DNA of 61,798 bases, the filler included, from Sphacelaria rigidula (taxonomy: Eukaryota), in the NCBI GenBank assembly GCA_964200075.2. It is 9 parts of 9 records of this genome, joined end to end, with 100 filler letters (N's around TTAATTAATTAA, not from the genome) between each part and the next. Parts side by side here need not be neighbours in the genome. Positions count along the whole stretch, not along the records: positions 48,147 to 54,922 come from CAXNAA020018136.1; positions 55,023 to 61,798 come from CAXNAA020018137.1; 7 more parts are not named here. The stretch is one strand, 5' to 3'. Shown piece after piece: positions 48,835 to 61,798 of this stretch. Within the stretch, counting starts at the first letter, position 1; each line of letters starts with the position of its first letter. The notes beneath the pieces were generated by a model that was not told where the DNA came from, did not search any database, and was given only the letters and a program-made list of their open reading frames with translations. Made by a program: the position numbers and the translations under genes.

Positions 48835-49690
48835 TTGATATGATTGATTGTGGCACTTTAACTGACCTCTCAGGGATCCGGCCGTGGTCAATTGATAGAC
48901 GTACCCAAGACAAAACAAAACTGAAAAAGTTTCTGCAGAAAAAAAAGAAACGGAAAACGTCGGACAGAGTGACACAGTGGACGATGACGTAAAAAGAAAA
49001 GAAGAGAAAAAAAAAGAAAAGAAATAAAATAAATGACCGGTCTAGAAACGACCCAACCCAAAAATAATCAGGGCAGCAGAGTAGGTACAGAAACACACTA
49101 GGGGGCACCGCAGAGTCACCGACTAAAGACACAATCAACAACCGATATGAGCAGATAAGATCCTCCGACTGGCGGCCCTCGACGCAGCAGCCTCTCGTTT
49201 GTGACGGCGGTCCGATCCTCGTTTGTCCGCGCGTCGCCACGTGTTCTCAAACTCTTCCGTTCTTTTTTCGGCTCCATTATGCCATCTGCCTATGTTCTTC
49301 GCCGCAGTAACCCAATCGTATGCATCGTTAACCTCGACACCGTGGATGAACCATTTCCGTTGTGCTCCATTGCGCAGGACAGCCCCTAGTGCATGCAGGT
49401 TCTCCCGAAGGTTTTCCTCCCATTGTTCTCTGGGGGCGGTCGATCTCCTTGGGCCCTCGTGCGGTTAAGCGTCTGTTCATGATGCGGTTAGGAAGGCGTG
49501 TTTCATTCTGCCGGAAAAGGGCTCCCGCGAACCAGAGTTGATGCTTGTGGATAGCCGTCTCGATACATTCGCAGTTGGTCATCTCGAGCACCGCTCTGTA
49601 CGAAAGAGTCTCGTAGTCATTTCGATCTTTCCGGCGGAATCCAAACACTCGCAACAGGAGTTTGTGATGGGCAGGAAACTTCATCACACG
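48835..49690 (-). mobile_element. 5'-truncated RTE-clade LINE (ORF2 C-terminus plus 3' UTR)
   Basis: HHKLLLRVFGF...LSY...CIETAIHKHQLWFAGAL-x-R...RLP is typical of the RTE ORF2 C-terminus; CAAT-type tail. Confidence 0.8.
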
Positions 49691-50867
49691 GAGGGAACCG
49701 AAAGGTTTTCCGAAATGGTTCGCGCAGCTAGATATCTACATTCGCAAAGACTACGCTGAGACAAGTAAATAAGTTTCTGAAACTTCCTTCCTACTTCGGT
49801 TAGTCATTCGCAAGGTACACACACTAACCGTTATCAGCAAGGCAAGTGCCTTCCTAACGTGTTCATTTTCTAAAGCGCCCTCAAAGATAATCAATCGAGT
49901 TTTCAACCATTCCGTCCACGTCAAACACGGTCCTGTGAGACCTGTGTCCAGCTCATAGATGGTCATGTGAATTTCCCCTTCAGCTCTCCAGTTCAATATA
50001 TCCATGTGATATATGTGCCTGCTTCAGAGCTGATTACATATGTGAGACTTTCACCTTTGACCGCCCGATTTAGATCCACATACGTCAAGCTTATATTAAA
50101 AAAATAACCCTGGTACCATTCAGTTACCGCTTAGTTTGCAGTGACACAATTGCAAGGTAGCTTGCAAGAGCTGTCTATATATTTATGGATATATGGCCAC
50201 GTACAAATTGTGCCCGGTTCTACGATGGGCATGTGAGATTGCTTTTAAGACAGCCAACAACGTTTCCGTGAGATTGAGAGTAGAGCGCTGATTGAGAGTG
50301 GCTTTGATCGTTCGCTTGAACTTAGCCATTTTTTCATTCGATGTGTAGTTTTCTTTGCGTCCATCACTGCCGTGTGCTTACAGCTACAAGTCGATATCCT
50401 ACTCAGGGATATCAAGCGTCTTAGTGGCAAGCGACTACAGAAAGCATATTGGGCCTCGTGGAGGGGCATTTCGGAACTGAAACGATTCATTCACGAATTG
50501 ACCGACTTTTGCTCTCACTCGTATCCTCTGAAAATATTGTCAGCCGACGATGAGGTGAACGCCGTGTGTATAGTATTCGTCGCCTTGGACTTTGTAAATA
50601 TACTCTCGGGTGACGATTCTGATGCCAGACGTATTCGTTCGCCCACTGTTGTAGCTAAGCACGAAATACCATTTGTTTGTCATTGTCATTGGATTTTGCA
50701 AGCTTACCATCCCGTTTAAATGGGGGGAGTGCACCGAAATCTACAAGGTTTGTGCCTTTCACCAAACAGTGGTTGTCGCATTATCAAGTACAAGTGTGCA
50801 TGTCGCACCGTGCGCTCCGGATTGGTTTGAGATCATACCCACCCGCTCGTGTTGCCATACACAATTT

Positions 50868-51104
50868 CAAGGGTCGGACGAATCAATGATTCGTTCGGAA
50901 ACTACTTAATTCTAGTGTGATTGATTCGTACGGTACGAATCAATCCTCACGCTTGGTTTTCAGCGTTGCAACCCAGGTACGCGCAGCCCAGGCACGTGGA
51001 ATGGCGCAAAATTTGCGTGGAGACCTGATTGACCAGCGATCGACTTTTTTCTCTCTTTCGATCAATCAGGTGATTTGAACCGGCGATGATTCGTCCGAAC
51101 CGTG
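50868..51104. mobile_element. 237-bp MITE, CA...TG termini, 8-bp TSD (hAT- or P-like)
   Basis: CAAGGGTCGGACGAAT...ATTCGTCCGAACCGTG; CACAATTT at 50860-50867 and 51105-51112. Confidence 0.85.
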
Positions 51105-51989
51105 CACAATTTCGTCTCCTCTGAAGTCAGAGTTTTCCCGACAAAGAGCAGGGGCCACCTTGAAAGAGTAGCCAGGGAGTCAGGAATGGTGCAGTCGCAG
51201 ATGTGCACGGCTCGAGTGGTGCATTCTCTGAGACACTCAAATGCTAGTATCCGAGCCGACTTATTCTCAGAAGGCAACCGCTGTGATAAATTCCATCGTG
51301 TAACCGTACTTGGACGAACTCATCACCTGACTAAGAATTGAATTGGGTATACATTTTCGAAAGCTTGAAGGCACCGTGTGCAATTGTTTGCAAACAAAGC
51401 ACACAAGACACGTCAAACGTGATTTCACTCTTGCGCAAGCTTTTTCGTCGTGGTCGGCACACACATTTCACACGTGGTCCGAGGTTCATCTTCTTACGCA
51501 CACTTCGAGAGTTTGCGTCAAGTATTTTCTCTCGCCATGCGCATCGCAAAAAAGGAAACGCTCATTATTTTAACCTCGATCAACGTTAGGAGTAGTTTTT
51601 TACGTGTCCCTTTTTTACGCGCCTATTTATCAAATAATGCAAGTATGATCATGCCCGATTATGCACGGTCCAAAACTGGTCATGTGGGATATTCGCTTCT
51701 CCCGTCCGGTTCGAAGATCGTCTTGCGAGACTTGTGCCTGTTCCAGGGATGGTCCTGTGTGCGGGTGCTCTGCACGTGAAAATTCTTGATTTTCACTCTT
51801 TTTACTCTGGTCAACACCTCAGCTCAGGGACGTACTGATATTTGTGCGCACTGTACCGGAGTTTAGGGCGATATCGCACAAGATAGAGACTACAAGGTAT
51901 GTTGCCAGAATCCCGGGAGGTGACCATCCGACCACGGGTGTGGCGGCCAAAAATGGTCCACTTCGTGGTGAAGTCTACATTATCGTGCG

Positions 51990-53130
51990 ACCTCCGTCTG
52001 GGATCTGGGGTATCATATCCATCTGGAGTACGCATTTGATATGTCGTATCCATCTAATGAGGCGTTGTTCTGGGATATCAGATCAATTCAAAACATACGC
52101 TTGTAATATCTAAAATATCCATCTGTAGAAATATCCATCAAGGATGTGGGTATTCGAATAGTCACCTGGAACGCGAATATTCCACGGTTCCGACGATTAT
52201 TGCCGGTTCGAATGACGAAACCCACGATTTCTTAAGCCTGATTGCTCGATAGAGAGAAAAATGTCGACCGCTGGTCAATCAGGTCTCTACATAACGTTTG
52301 CGCCATTCCACGCGCCTGGGCTGCGCGTACCTGGCTTGCAACGCTGAAAACAAAGCCTGAGGATTGATTCGTACGGTACTAATTAATCAATTAATTACAC
52401 TAAAATCAAGTCATTATAACCGAATCGTCAATTCGTCCGACCCTCGGAATATTCATGTGTGACACCTATGCCCATCTGAGGCACCCGTCTGGAAACTTGC
52501 ATATCCGTTGAGGACCTACATCTGGGACCTTCATCTGGGATGTCAGACCCATCCAAGATATCAAATTCATTTGCTTTATCGACTTGAAGCTGGGATATCC
52601 AAGAGGGATGCCCACATGGGACGTATACATACATCGAGAACAGTCTCCACCTACGTACACTTCTCGGACCCCTAGGTGTATTTGGGATCTCCATACGGGA
52701 CATCGATCTGAGATCGTCAGTCGAGACTTTCATGCGAACTCCTCACATGAGACCGGAACCTGTATCTGAGATTTTTGGGGTTCATGAAGTAGCGTATGAA
52801 GCATCTACCCTGTACACCAATCTCCCATCTAGAACCTCCACTCGACACTGACTTCTGGTTGTGGTTCCGAAGTGAGGCTGTCTGGTGCGCGGCCGTGACC
52901 ATGAATGTCCCAGATGTGTATCGCAGATGGGTCTGGCGTTCCAGATGGATATACCAGATGAATTTGACATTTCAGATACATATTTCAGATGGGTCCGACA
53001 TCCCTCATGGATATCCCTGATGGTTCTGATGTCCCATATAATTTTAACCGGATGAATTCCCGTATCAAGGTGGAGTTCGCACGGCATTGCAAGGGCATGG
53101 CGGAGTGAGGCCACCTGGACCTGAGATGTC
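51990..53130. repeat. Degenerate array of ATCC/CATCTG/CAGATG/GGATATC motifs, interrupted by the MITE
   Basis: Dense recurrence of CATCTGGGA, CCAGATG and GGATATCC variants; boundaries approximate. Confidence 0.5.
52183..52446. mobile_element. 264-bp MITE of the same family, opposite orientation
   Basis: Reverse-complement homologue of 50868-51104 with its own TSD GAATATTC (52175-52182, 52447-52454). Confidence 0.85.
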
Positions 53131-54711
53131 GATTTCCTATCTTGTTCTGCCCGTGAGCGAAAAGGTGCGTTTGTTACCTCCTCAAGAGGGATCCCTCCGC
53201 AGATCGCGAGGTGGTAGAGCGAAAGGGTCTTCCTACGATATCAATGTCCGCTCGCAGTCAATGCTAGAGAAGTGCATTTGGAAGAGGTGCAGTGATGCAC
53301 AGGATGCGGCCGGGCCTGGGATAGCGTGGTGTGCGGAGAACGGTGTAACAAACAGGCGACTGGACGTGCCGTACGGCCTCCTGCTATCGATCGTCTCTGA
53401 GGCAAGAGGAGGTGCTGGCACGCCGCTAACGTAAATAAATGGCATTAAGAGAAACGGGAAACCGTTAGCCCTTCCGAGCAGTGGGTATACAGTACCTGGG
53501 ATGACGTCGCCCATAAGCCAAATTTTCTCCTCCCGGCAGACAATCCGTACGAAAGCTGCACGCACGTACGTGTTCTCTTGTAGAAGTAACGGGATGGTGC
53601 TACCCTTACCAGCGCGACAAAGACCAAGCATGTGCGGAACCGAAACACGCCAAAAATCTAACGATGGGCTCATCGAGCCGGCGTACGCGTCTCGCCTGGG
53701 TATATCGACTGCACTCCCTGGCTTGAGCAGTACGAGGGTTCTGTAGTACATACATACATGGTATGGCATGGAGATGAGAGAAAACGAGGTGAGTCTGTCA
53801 GCGTGCTCTTGTTATTCCTATGTTTTTCTTCTTTTCTTACGTGGTCTGTGTGAACTCTTTTTTTTTTAACCGCCCGAAATCGCTTTGATTCTACCCTTGT
53901 CAATTACACAGATCAGATGGGTTCGCGAACCTCACTTGGCTTGCACCTATGAGCTCTTGCTCCCTTTCTCCTGCGGTACACACAAGTTCATCACTAGCTA
54001 TTATGGCTTCACCTCCTTTTATTGCGAAAGAGACTAAGAGCGCACCTTTCATGATTGATGGACACCTCCTTTAAAAATATCCCCCAATCTGTACTAGCAA
54101 TCGAAAATGTATTCTTCAGCCACCACTACGCTATGACATCTAACCGCGTTCACGTGGACGTACGTGCCTGTCCCACGCTAGCTCCTCACAGCTCCCTCTC
54201 CTGCTCCTTTCTCGATGCGAAAAATAAGGAAATTATCATTCCGACTGACGACGAGAGAAAAAATAACTTTTTGAGAGGGGTCCTACGGTAGGGGCGCACA
54301 TTTCCCCCCCCCGAGGCCCTGCACTTTGGGAGCCTCTCGATGAAAAACATCTGGGCATTAGTGCGCAGTTCTTGCAATAAGCACACGCGATAAATTACTG
54401 TTGCAAATTATGCTTTCAGGGTTGGCAAAAATAGCAGGAAAAGGGCAAACGGAGAAGAAGCACCTCGAGAACACACCCGAGAGAGCAAGTTCTTTCCGAT
54501 TTTTGGACCGAATCCGACAGAAAACGGCTTTGCCGGCCGACCTTACACCCTGAAGTGCTCTACGCACGGACTTCTTGTATGTGCGCGATTTCCGATTTGT
54601 GCTGGCGACGTAGGTGTAGGTTATCTCCTGCTGCTTGGGTAGAATGCTTGAAGAGTGGTCTATAGATCAGTGAGATCGAGACACGTTGGAAGTTACTGTA
54701 ATATGGGATTT

Positions 54712-54815
54712 GACTGATTGTTCGATTGATTGATTGTAACACTTTAAGTGACCCCCCAGGGGTCCAGTCGTGGTCTCATAATACCCGTACCCAAGAAAAA
54801 CAAGGCCTGAAACAC
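54712..54815 (-). mobile_element. RTE-like LINE 3' tail fragment
   Basis: (ATTG)n followed by CACTTTAA...GTACCCAAGA, homologous to ~48840-48925. Confidence 0.65.
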
Positions 54816-54887
54816 TCGCTGAAGAAAAGAAGGAACAGAAAAAAAAAAAAACGAAAAGAACAAAGTAGAAGAAAAGAAGAAAAAAAA

Positions 54888-54921
<34 letters not shown>

Positions 54922-55283
54922 ANNNNNNNNNNNNNNNNNNNNNNNNNNNNNNNNNNNNNNNNNNNNTTAATTAATTAANNNNNNNNNNNNNNNNNNNNNN
55001 NNNNNNNNNNNNNNNNNNNNNNGGTTCGCGAGATCGGACTAATGTGCGCAAATAATAATAATAATAATTCCCCTTTCGTTTGATTGACGTGTTCTCAGAA
55101 ATGCACACTCCTTCCTTCCCACGCCGCTTACAATATGTGGAGTGGGATAAGAGAGCAGTGAGACTGACAACATAACGCGGGTACCAATTACACTGCCGTG
55201 GGGAAGAGGATTGGCAAGGACACAGGGGTGGGTGCTTGCACCAGAACCGTTGCGCATGTTCAACACAAAAGCTTCGTACCCCT

Positions 55284-55838
55284 GTCGCCCCGGCGGCTCA
55301 GTTGGTAACCTCTACACCTTCTGACGGTTGGGTCGTGAGTTCGAATCTCGGTGCAGTCACACGACGTGGCATTTTTCTCACCCCATGTCAAACAGTGGAC
55401 AGCGATCATGGCGTGAGTACACAAAATTCGACTCTACGGGGGACGAGGGAAAGGGATCGCTGAACCCCTCTCAGGCCGTGTCTCATCAAATTGTTCTTGA
55501 GACAAGAAGTACGGTGGAATCAAATTTGCTCGTACCTGATACGTCCACGGCATTCATGTTCTCAACGATCTCAGAAAAAAAGTAGCGTGGACGAATCAGA
55601 AACGAGCGAATTCGATTCGACCGCACGTTCTCGACACCAAAACAATTTGATAAGACACGGCCTCGCGAATAAAAAAAAAAGGCAATCACCGCAGAAGAGA
55701 GGTTGATTATCAAAAAATAAAATAAAACAAAACGGCTCCTGTGATGACCTTCCTCCTGTGTGACCCCGGCTGATGCGCCAACATATACCGAAAGGTGTAG
55801 ACTGGCGTCCGGAATAGATGGGATGGCAATTCACGCAC
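55284..55838 (+). mobile_element. tRNA-derived SINE interrupted by a MITE
   Basis: A box GGCTCAGTTGG, B box GAGTTCGAATC (55337-55347), non-tRNA body, and a 3' tail shared with 34226-34292. Confidence 0.8.
55474..55662. mobile_element. 189-bp PIF/Harbinger MITE, reverse-orientation copy of 46235-46424
   Basis: GGCCGTGTCTCATCAAATTGTT...AACAATTTGATAAGACACGGCC; flanks TCA / TCG. Confidence 0.85.
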
Positions 55839-57762
55839 CTCCTATTATTCCTCCTTGTTTTCTGTGCCGTCCCGGGAGGCAGGTTTATTGTAGTTCTGTT
55901 CTGGGTATTGTACATCTTTTCTTCTTCACCCATGGGTGTGTCAGTGAAATTACTGTTCCGAGAATAACTTCGTCATCGAAGGATGAGCAGGAACGGTGTC
56001 GGTGTTACGGTACAAGGCGAATGCATCGCAGTCTGCATCGTGCTGAAATTCATATACTGAAACGTATTGCCCTCATTATATGAAGAGAAAAAATCTCGCT
56101 TCGCCGCGTTCGGCACATTGGTTGCCAAACCTTTCCCCCCGTTTCCACACTCCCGCTCATGTTGCCAGCGCGGGTCCTGCCCGCCCGCGTGGAGAAGGGT
56201 GGATGAAATGTCGGGTTTAGTATGAGCTTTCCTTGGCCTCAAGGTATTGTCGTCGTGTTGACTTCCCATGTGGGCGGTGTGAGCTGTGTTCGTAGGTCCC
56301 CGTGACGAAACTTGCAACCCATTTCCACATCGATCGACCAGTCAGCTTTGCGCTCAACAGAAGTTTACTTTGGCAAGCTCCTTCACCTCCCTGGTAAATG
56401 TTCACCTCCGAATGTTGATGAACGTAGGGCTGTGTTTGTTTACCCCAGGGGTAAAGCGGCTACCCCCGGACGAACGAGCGGGTCATCGGGCATTGCCCCA
56501 TCATGCTGAAAAAAAACAGCGAAGAGCAACGCAAGCGTCCGAAAGCAGCATATGCTGATTGATCGCCGCGACTTCAATCAGCGGACCCTTGGTGCACGTC
56601 ATCACCGACGTTGTACCGTAGAGCGTCACTGACGGCCTAACTGTACATAATGCACCTACTGACCGTAGTACATCGACGCTGCACCATCGTCTGTAGCTCC
56701 TGAATTCAACATCAAAATTGGAGAGAAGTGCCATGGCACGTTTGGCGCTTCACGTAGAGAATACCTCTTACTCTGGTCGGAGCACAGTGAGTCCTCAGAT
56801 GCTCAGTGGGTGACAGGTCGTCCGTGCGGGTCGACTCTTTACGAAATAAACTATAACCGCATCAAGAACGAGAGCAGTTGATGTGAAGTGCTCAGATGTA
56901 CGCCTGGAATTACCTTCCCACCTTCCCCGCAGCAAAGAACGCATCTCCTCATCTCCATGAGCGGTATGTGCGATATGGCGCTGAGCGGTATCTGTTGTAT
57001 TCGCCAGATAATGTGTTTTCTATCTTGCAGGAGCGGTGTCATTTAATACAGCATACGATAGGACAGCAGCGAAGTACTACTGTGACTGTACCGTGTTGTA
57101 TGTACAGTCACTTGTTTGGTGGAGGGTACTGACGTCCCTTGGGTGTGGAATTATAATTTGTGCAAAGCTGCTGTAATCTGATGAAATGGGTAACAAAAGT
57201 AACATGCATGCAACGGCTGGAGTAGCCTCGTGATTTCGGGCGAAAACGCCCTGTGGTATGGCACCGCACCGTGTCATTGAACATCAACTATATTGTGCTG
57301 CTGAGGGCTGATACTGTAGCCATATTGCTGTACCGGATGCGATGTGCAGAGAGCACCGTGCAGTGTGGCAATCATCTGCAGACGTACCCATGGCGAGAAG
57401 AGGCAACAACTTTGCTCCCCTGAAAATGAAATGCATCGAACAAATCTCCTTCCGTTTTTCTGGAGAGGGCCTGTATAGCACACAGAGGTGCATCGAACTT
57501 GCTCCTCTGCAAGCCGACGATGACGTTGCACTTTCGTGTGCTGACTACCACGTACTATTACTCCTCCGTAGTAGTGTACTAGCCATAGCAGTAGAACGCG
57601 AAAAGGCATGCAGCACACGCAAGAACGTCGTACCCGTCCCCCGTTTTAACCACGTTGACAACACGACCCGACTTCTTGCACTTACTGGTTGTAACTGCCG
57701 CCACCAACCCACACTTGTTCGGACAGATGCACACGAAAATATTGCGCAGTCGAGACACTTAC

Positions 57763-58525
57763 CGATATTTAGACACAAGATGATCCCGACATGGAATGTC
57801 TTCGTCCGCTCCCGTAATCGCCACGTCGCAGTAGCCCTGCTCTTCCCGCCACCAATTACCCCCCCCGCTGATGCCTCCCCCGCGACTTGCCTATAACAGT
57901 CTCCAAATACATCGATCGCGTGCCTATCTTCCATTAGCAATACGGGATCATCAAGCCCTGCAAGCACAGCCTCGTCACAATTCATGCATCCCCGCACGGG
58001 TCGTGGGGTCTGCTGGACAGCAAGGGGAACAGGCGGCGGCCGCCGGGGCTCATCTCCATCCGTCGTTACCACCGCCGACGGTGGTGATGCAGATCCGTGG
58101 CCGCCACGGTCGCCATTGCCAACGCTAACGCCAACACCGCCGCGAGATTGGTTCGCACGGCGGGTAGGGGGTTGCAGCATTGCGGGCGGTCTCGGCATCT
58201 GCATGCGAGGAGCGGTGCCAATGGCGGTTGCTGGTCTCGTATTGCCAGCTCTACGTATGATACCTGCGTTGATGCTGGCGTTGTTGCTGCTGCCTGTGCT
58301 GCCACGCCGCCCCTGCAGCTGTAGCGTACGCTGTCGCGGTTGTTGCTCCATGATCGTATTAGTTGAGGTTGGGGAAGGCGATGACCCATGACGACAGCTG
58401 CTGTTGCTTCTGTTGTTTTGGTTGTGAGTGCTACTACCGTTGTAATAGTTACTGGGGTTACTTCTTCTGCTGTCGGTATTACCGTCTCCAACAGCCTCGG
58501 ATACTCCTGAGGTGCTCCTACCCAT
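57763..58525 (-). CDS. RAPTOR: N-terminal coding exon of RAPTOR/KOG1 (TORC1 subunit)
   Basis: Ends WRLRERTKTFHVGIILCLNIG, matching the Raptor N-terminal domain start W-R-x-x-x-R-M-K-T...LCLN(I/V)G, at donor GTAAGT (57762). Preceded by ~180 aa of low-complexity sequence. ATG 58525 directly follows a CAG, so the start is uncertain. Confidence 0.85.
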
Positions 58526-60687
58526 CTGTGGCTGTTTCTCCCGTGCTCGGGCGGGGCAGTTATGTCCGTCCGGTCGATACGTGGGACGGGAAGTGGGACG
58601 TAGAAAAATTGGGGCGTTCCAAGGGGGCACAAGGTTGAAAATACATTATATTTATCAGAACATTATTTCATACAAATACAAATATCAAATGTTCAAGATT
58701 TTATTGATTTGAAGACATGGTGAGAGCAGCAAGCGGCCAAACCACACCTACATGAAAATTTCAAAACGTTACAGCAGTTCACAGCAGAATTCTTCACATA
58801 TACCGCCGTAGCTGTATATATTGTACACAGGAGTGAAATAAAAATTGTTTGTCCTGTTTCTGTTCTCACGCAGGGTTCGGGTCCCCAAGCTGTAGTACAC
58901 TGAAAATGAGTACTTAACAAATTGTTAGCCCTCTCGTCTTTCACACTACAGCCGTCGGGTCTCTAGAAAAATGATACAGGAGGTGTGCAGGAGCAGATAA
59001 CCGTTTTGCATCGCTTGAACAGGTCATATTGCCGACAGAGGGCCCAGTCATAAAAGGGTGAGAAAGCGGGAGAAGGGGGGAAATCTGGCGATGCCGAGGG
59101 AACGTCAATGAACGGAAGGGGTTCTCGCTCATTTGGACGCGAGCTTCCGAGTGAACTGCTGTCTGTTCTGTTGCACCCAAAAGTAGGGAGTATTTTGCTG
59201 CTGAGTGTCCGCTCCTACATCAACTAAATAAGTCGACGCTTGCACCAGCATTTAATTTTGAATGCTGAAGATCCAGCGACCAACCCTCGTCAAAATATTA
59301 TGCGAAGGTCATCATGCATGTTTGAGTCATTTCTGTCCGCCGCTCTTTCAAAATTCGTCACCAGCACCACATTATGATTATCCTTTGTTCTGTTATAATG
59401 AGCACGGAGATTTTCTCTCCGCGATATACTACGATTGTTGTGACGCATACGGAGTTCTAAGCGCAGTTTTTGCTTTACACTTTACAGTAGTACTACCGAC
59501 TGCTATTAACAGGAAGTTCACTGGTCTGTACTGTGCTACCACATACTTGAATGGAAGTGTAACGGCTTGACAAGATCACATCATGATCCACATCGAGCAA
59601 AGGCGTATTGGCATCGTTGGTAGGAGTGTTTTTTCATTACTGAAACCTTGTCCGCGCAGGTGCATGTCCGGATTTTCAGATTATTTTTCAAGTGAAGATG
59701 ATGCCGGCTCAACACATTACTTACACTCTCGGCAAAGATGCTCATGAACCGGGAATCGAGGTGCCTGCTGCTAGGATTACTTCGACAGGGGATTGTCGTT
59801 GCGTTGGCCCTGCAGGGATGGTATCATCACGGTTTACCTTCGATCATCGGGATCGATGTAGATGTACGATGAACTCATCTCCCTGTTATTATACATTTCT
59901 TTCGTGAAATCAATGAAACGCAGACAACGTACCGTCGCAGATGACATGGCTAACGTCCATGCACTTATGTCTTGAGATTGAAAACTTATCGTGTAGAGAA
60001 CTAGTGAACGCGGTAAAGGAGTGCCATCTGACACCTTCCTCGCAGTGCAGCAGTGCAGCAACAGCGCGGAGAGGGGGCGTTACTTTTTGAACTACTACTA
60101 CCGTTGTATATATTACCATGATAACTTGTTCACCCGTCGAACTTTACAACCAGAAAAAAATGTTTTGCCCAGTTTTTTCCCCGCATTTTGCGCACTCTAC
60201 CACGTCGGGTGCGTGCCCACGCCCGCTCTCTTCACAAGGACAACGTTCCATCTCATTTTTTCCTTCTCTTTCAACGAGAAAACTGTTGTACATTCACTGT
60301 GCATCACCGTACACAACAGTCCCGACGCAAAAATCTGCGTTGCCATATTGCTATGCGTGGGCACATATTTATTGCTCAGCTCAGCGCAGGTGTCCCCTTG
60401 GGTTGGCACCTAACCAAGTAACTGGTGACACAAAATGCCTTGATGTAGGTGCTACGGAATATTCGCCCATGTACGAGGTGATCAGACCCACGCAAGCCCC
60501 GCGTGGATACTCGCACGAGTGTAGCTGGGATATTGGATATTATTCTATTATTACATCGTACGAGGTACTGTCTATTGACTATACTTGTCATAATCCCAGC
60601 TGTGTTGGTGCTGGGTGCCAAACGTCCGCTCATAATAGTACAACAGTGCAGTGCACAGCACACAAGACAGGAAGGGACGAGAATAGG

Positions 60688-60872
60688 ATGGCGAGGAGGT
60701 TTCTAATGTCGGCGCTGACGCTGCTCGCGATGTCCGCGGCGGCAGTGGCGGCCGAAACTCTGCACTCTATGGAGCACTACCAGATCAAATATCGAGAATG
60801 GATCAAGCAGTACGACGTTGACTTGTGCTCGAGGGATTTGGCGGCGCGACTGCCCATATTCGCCGAAAATAG
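60688..60872 (+). CDS. First coding exon of a papain-family (C1A) cysteine protease: signal peptide plus start of I29 prodomain
   Basis: MARRFLMSALTLLAMSAAAVAA signal peptide, then YREWIKQY...R-x-x-IF-x-x-N (ERFNIN-like). Candidate donor AG|GTCGGT at 60873. Confidence 0.75.
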
Positions 60873-61798
60873 GTCGGTACGGTTAACGTGTTTGTCCCAC
60901 TGGTCAAGTTGTGCATGTGTGGGTGTTTACATTAAGTGCCGTGTATCTTTTCTCTGGGAAACACGAGGGTTAAGTGTTCGAGATTTATCAAGTAGGATAG
61001 AGAGGGTTACACTTGGAACTTTTTTATGCCTCTTGCAGTCGTACTCGCACCCCTGTGTGTTGTCGATTACAAGTACTGTACTCATACTGTCCCACAGTGC
61101 ATAAAAGCTTGCATCCCGGCGGAACTGGATGATTGAAGGTAGACAATACCGGCACAGACAGTACACAAATATGTTGTACAAGAACAGTACTTGTAAGCTC
61201 GTCCCGGCAGCTTGACGGCAGACGGTTCACTGTACTGTTTTTCTGCAGAATACTTCAGTGACGGTTTCGATTGACTCAGTTGAAGTTCAGAACTTCAGTC
61301 AACACCTGGTACTGAGTGTACTGCTTTAAGGTGGGATTTTGCTGTTTTAACAGCATGTCTGAATTGGCGGCTCTGGTCAGTTGAGTTAGAACTGGCCGCG
61401 CCAGCTGCCAGCTACCAGGATAAGTTTACAGGTAATATGCGAAGCCGGGAGCCCCGACACCCCCCTCGGCTGGTGAGGGGGCCTCGCGCAAGCGCGGCCG
61501 GGGGCAAGAAAAAATGTGGCACGGTTCTCGGCTTGTTCTCCCTTCAAAAATGTAGAGTAGTGCTTAGTTGTAAAAAGTGTGGGCCTCACAGTGAGAAGCT
61601 AAGAGGCTTCGAAGGCATTAAAATCTCAACCAATGTGGTGAGCAATTCGAACAACGTTCACCTGCAGTATGCAGCAGCATAGACTCTCCGGGAGAAGCGG
61701 ACGATTGGAACAAGTATTCCTGGCCAGGGGCCCTACAGACTGGAAAACGGTTTATACCCCCCTCCCCCCCCCCCCCCCCCCGGGGGGGGGGCCGGAAA

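Noticed and set aside
50868..52446. A single 1.6-kb composite transposon with ~240-bp TIRs
   Set aside because: Each arm has its own short TIRs and its own 8-bp TSD (CACAATTT, GAATATTC), so these are two independent insertions.
55284..55360. Functional tRNA gene (also considered at 48275-48350)
   Set aside because: A and B boxes are present but the acceptor and anticodon stems do not pair; each continues into a repeat body.
57545..57762. C-terminal part of the 361-aa ORF as RAPTOR sequence
   Set aside because: Homology stops at LCLNIG, exactly at a GTAAGT donor; the remainder is intron.
60118..61104. 328-aa ORF as a full protein
   Set aside because: Only 60688-60872 looks coding; the rest is probably UTR and intron read-through.
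1..61798. Treating Gypsy, FNIP, SCAR and RAPTOR as one gene cluster or system
   Set aside because: They lie on different size-sorted contigs, so adjacency across spacers is meaningless.

Overview
This is not one locus. It is nine unrelated contigs of 6776-6779 bp, sorted by decreasing length and joined by artificial 100-bp spacers (44 N + TTAATTAATTAA + 44 N): 1-6779, 6880-13658, 13759-20536, 20637-27414, 27515-34292, 34393-41169, 41270-48046, 48147-54922 and 55023-61798. The DNA is eukaryotic, intron-containing and repeat-rich; the repeat and gene content suggests a brown alga (inference, not a database result). Mobile content: a degenerate chromodomain Ty3/Gypsy element, a Copia remnant, several LINE fragments, tRNA-derived SINEs, a pogo-like deletion derivative and many MITEs with readable 2-, 3-, 4- and 8-bp target-site duplications (TSDs). 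Host coding sequence: an apparently intronless FNIP/IP22 repeat gene and single exons of SCAR/WAVE, RAPTOR and a papain-family protease. Best leads: (1) a ~350-nt hairpin whose arm differences are almost all G-U compatible on one strand, inside a spliced but stop-laden transcript; (2) the FNIP gene with hypervariable surface positions; (3) an apparently spliced, inverted copy of a neighbouring exon fused to a LINE 5' end; (4) back-to-back tRNA-like Pol III heads; (5) a palindrome of palindromes. No CRISPR array, rRNA or intact tRNA gene was seen, and no complete novel multi-gene system can be supported.
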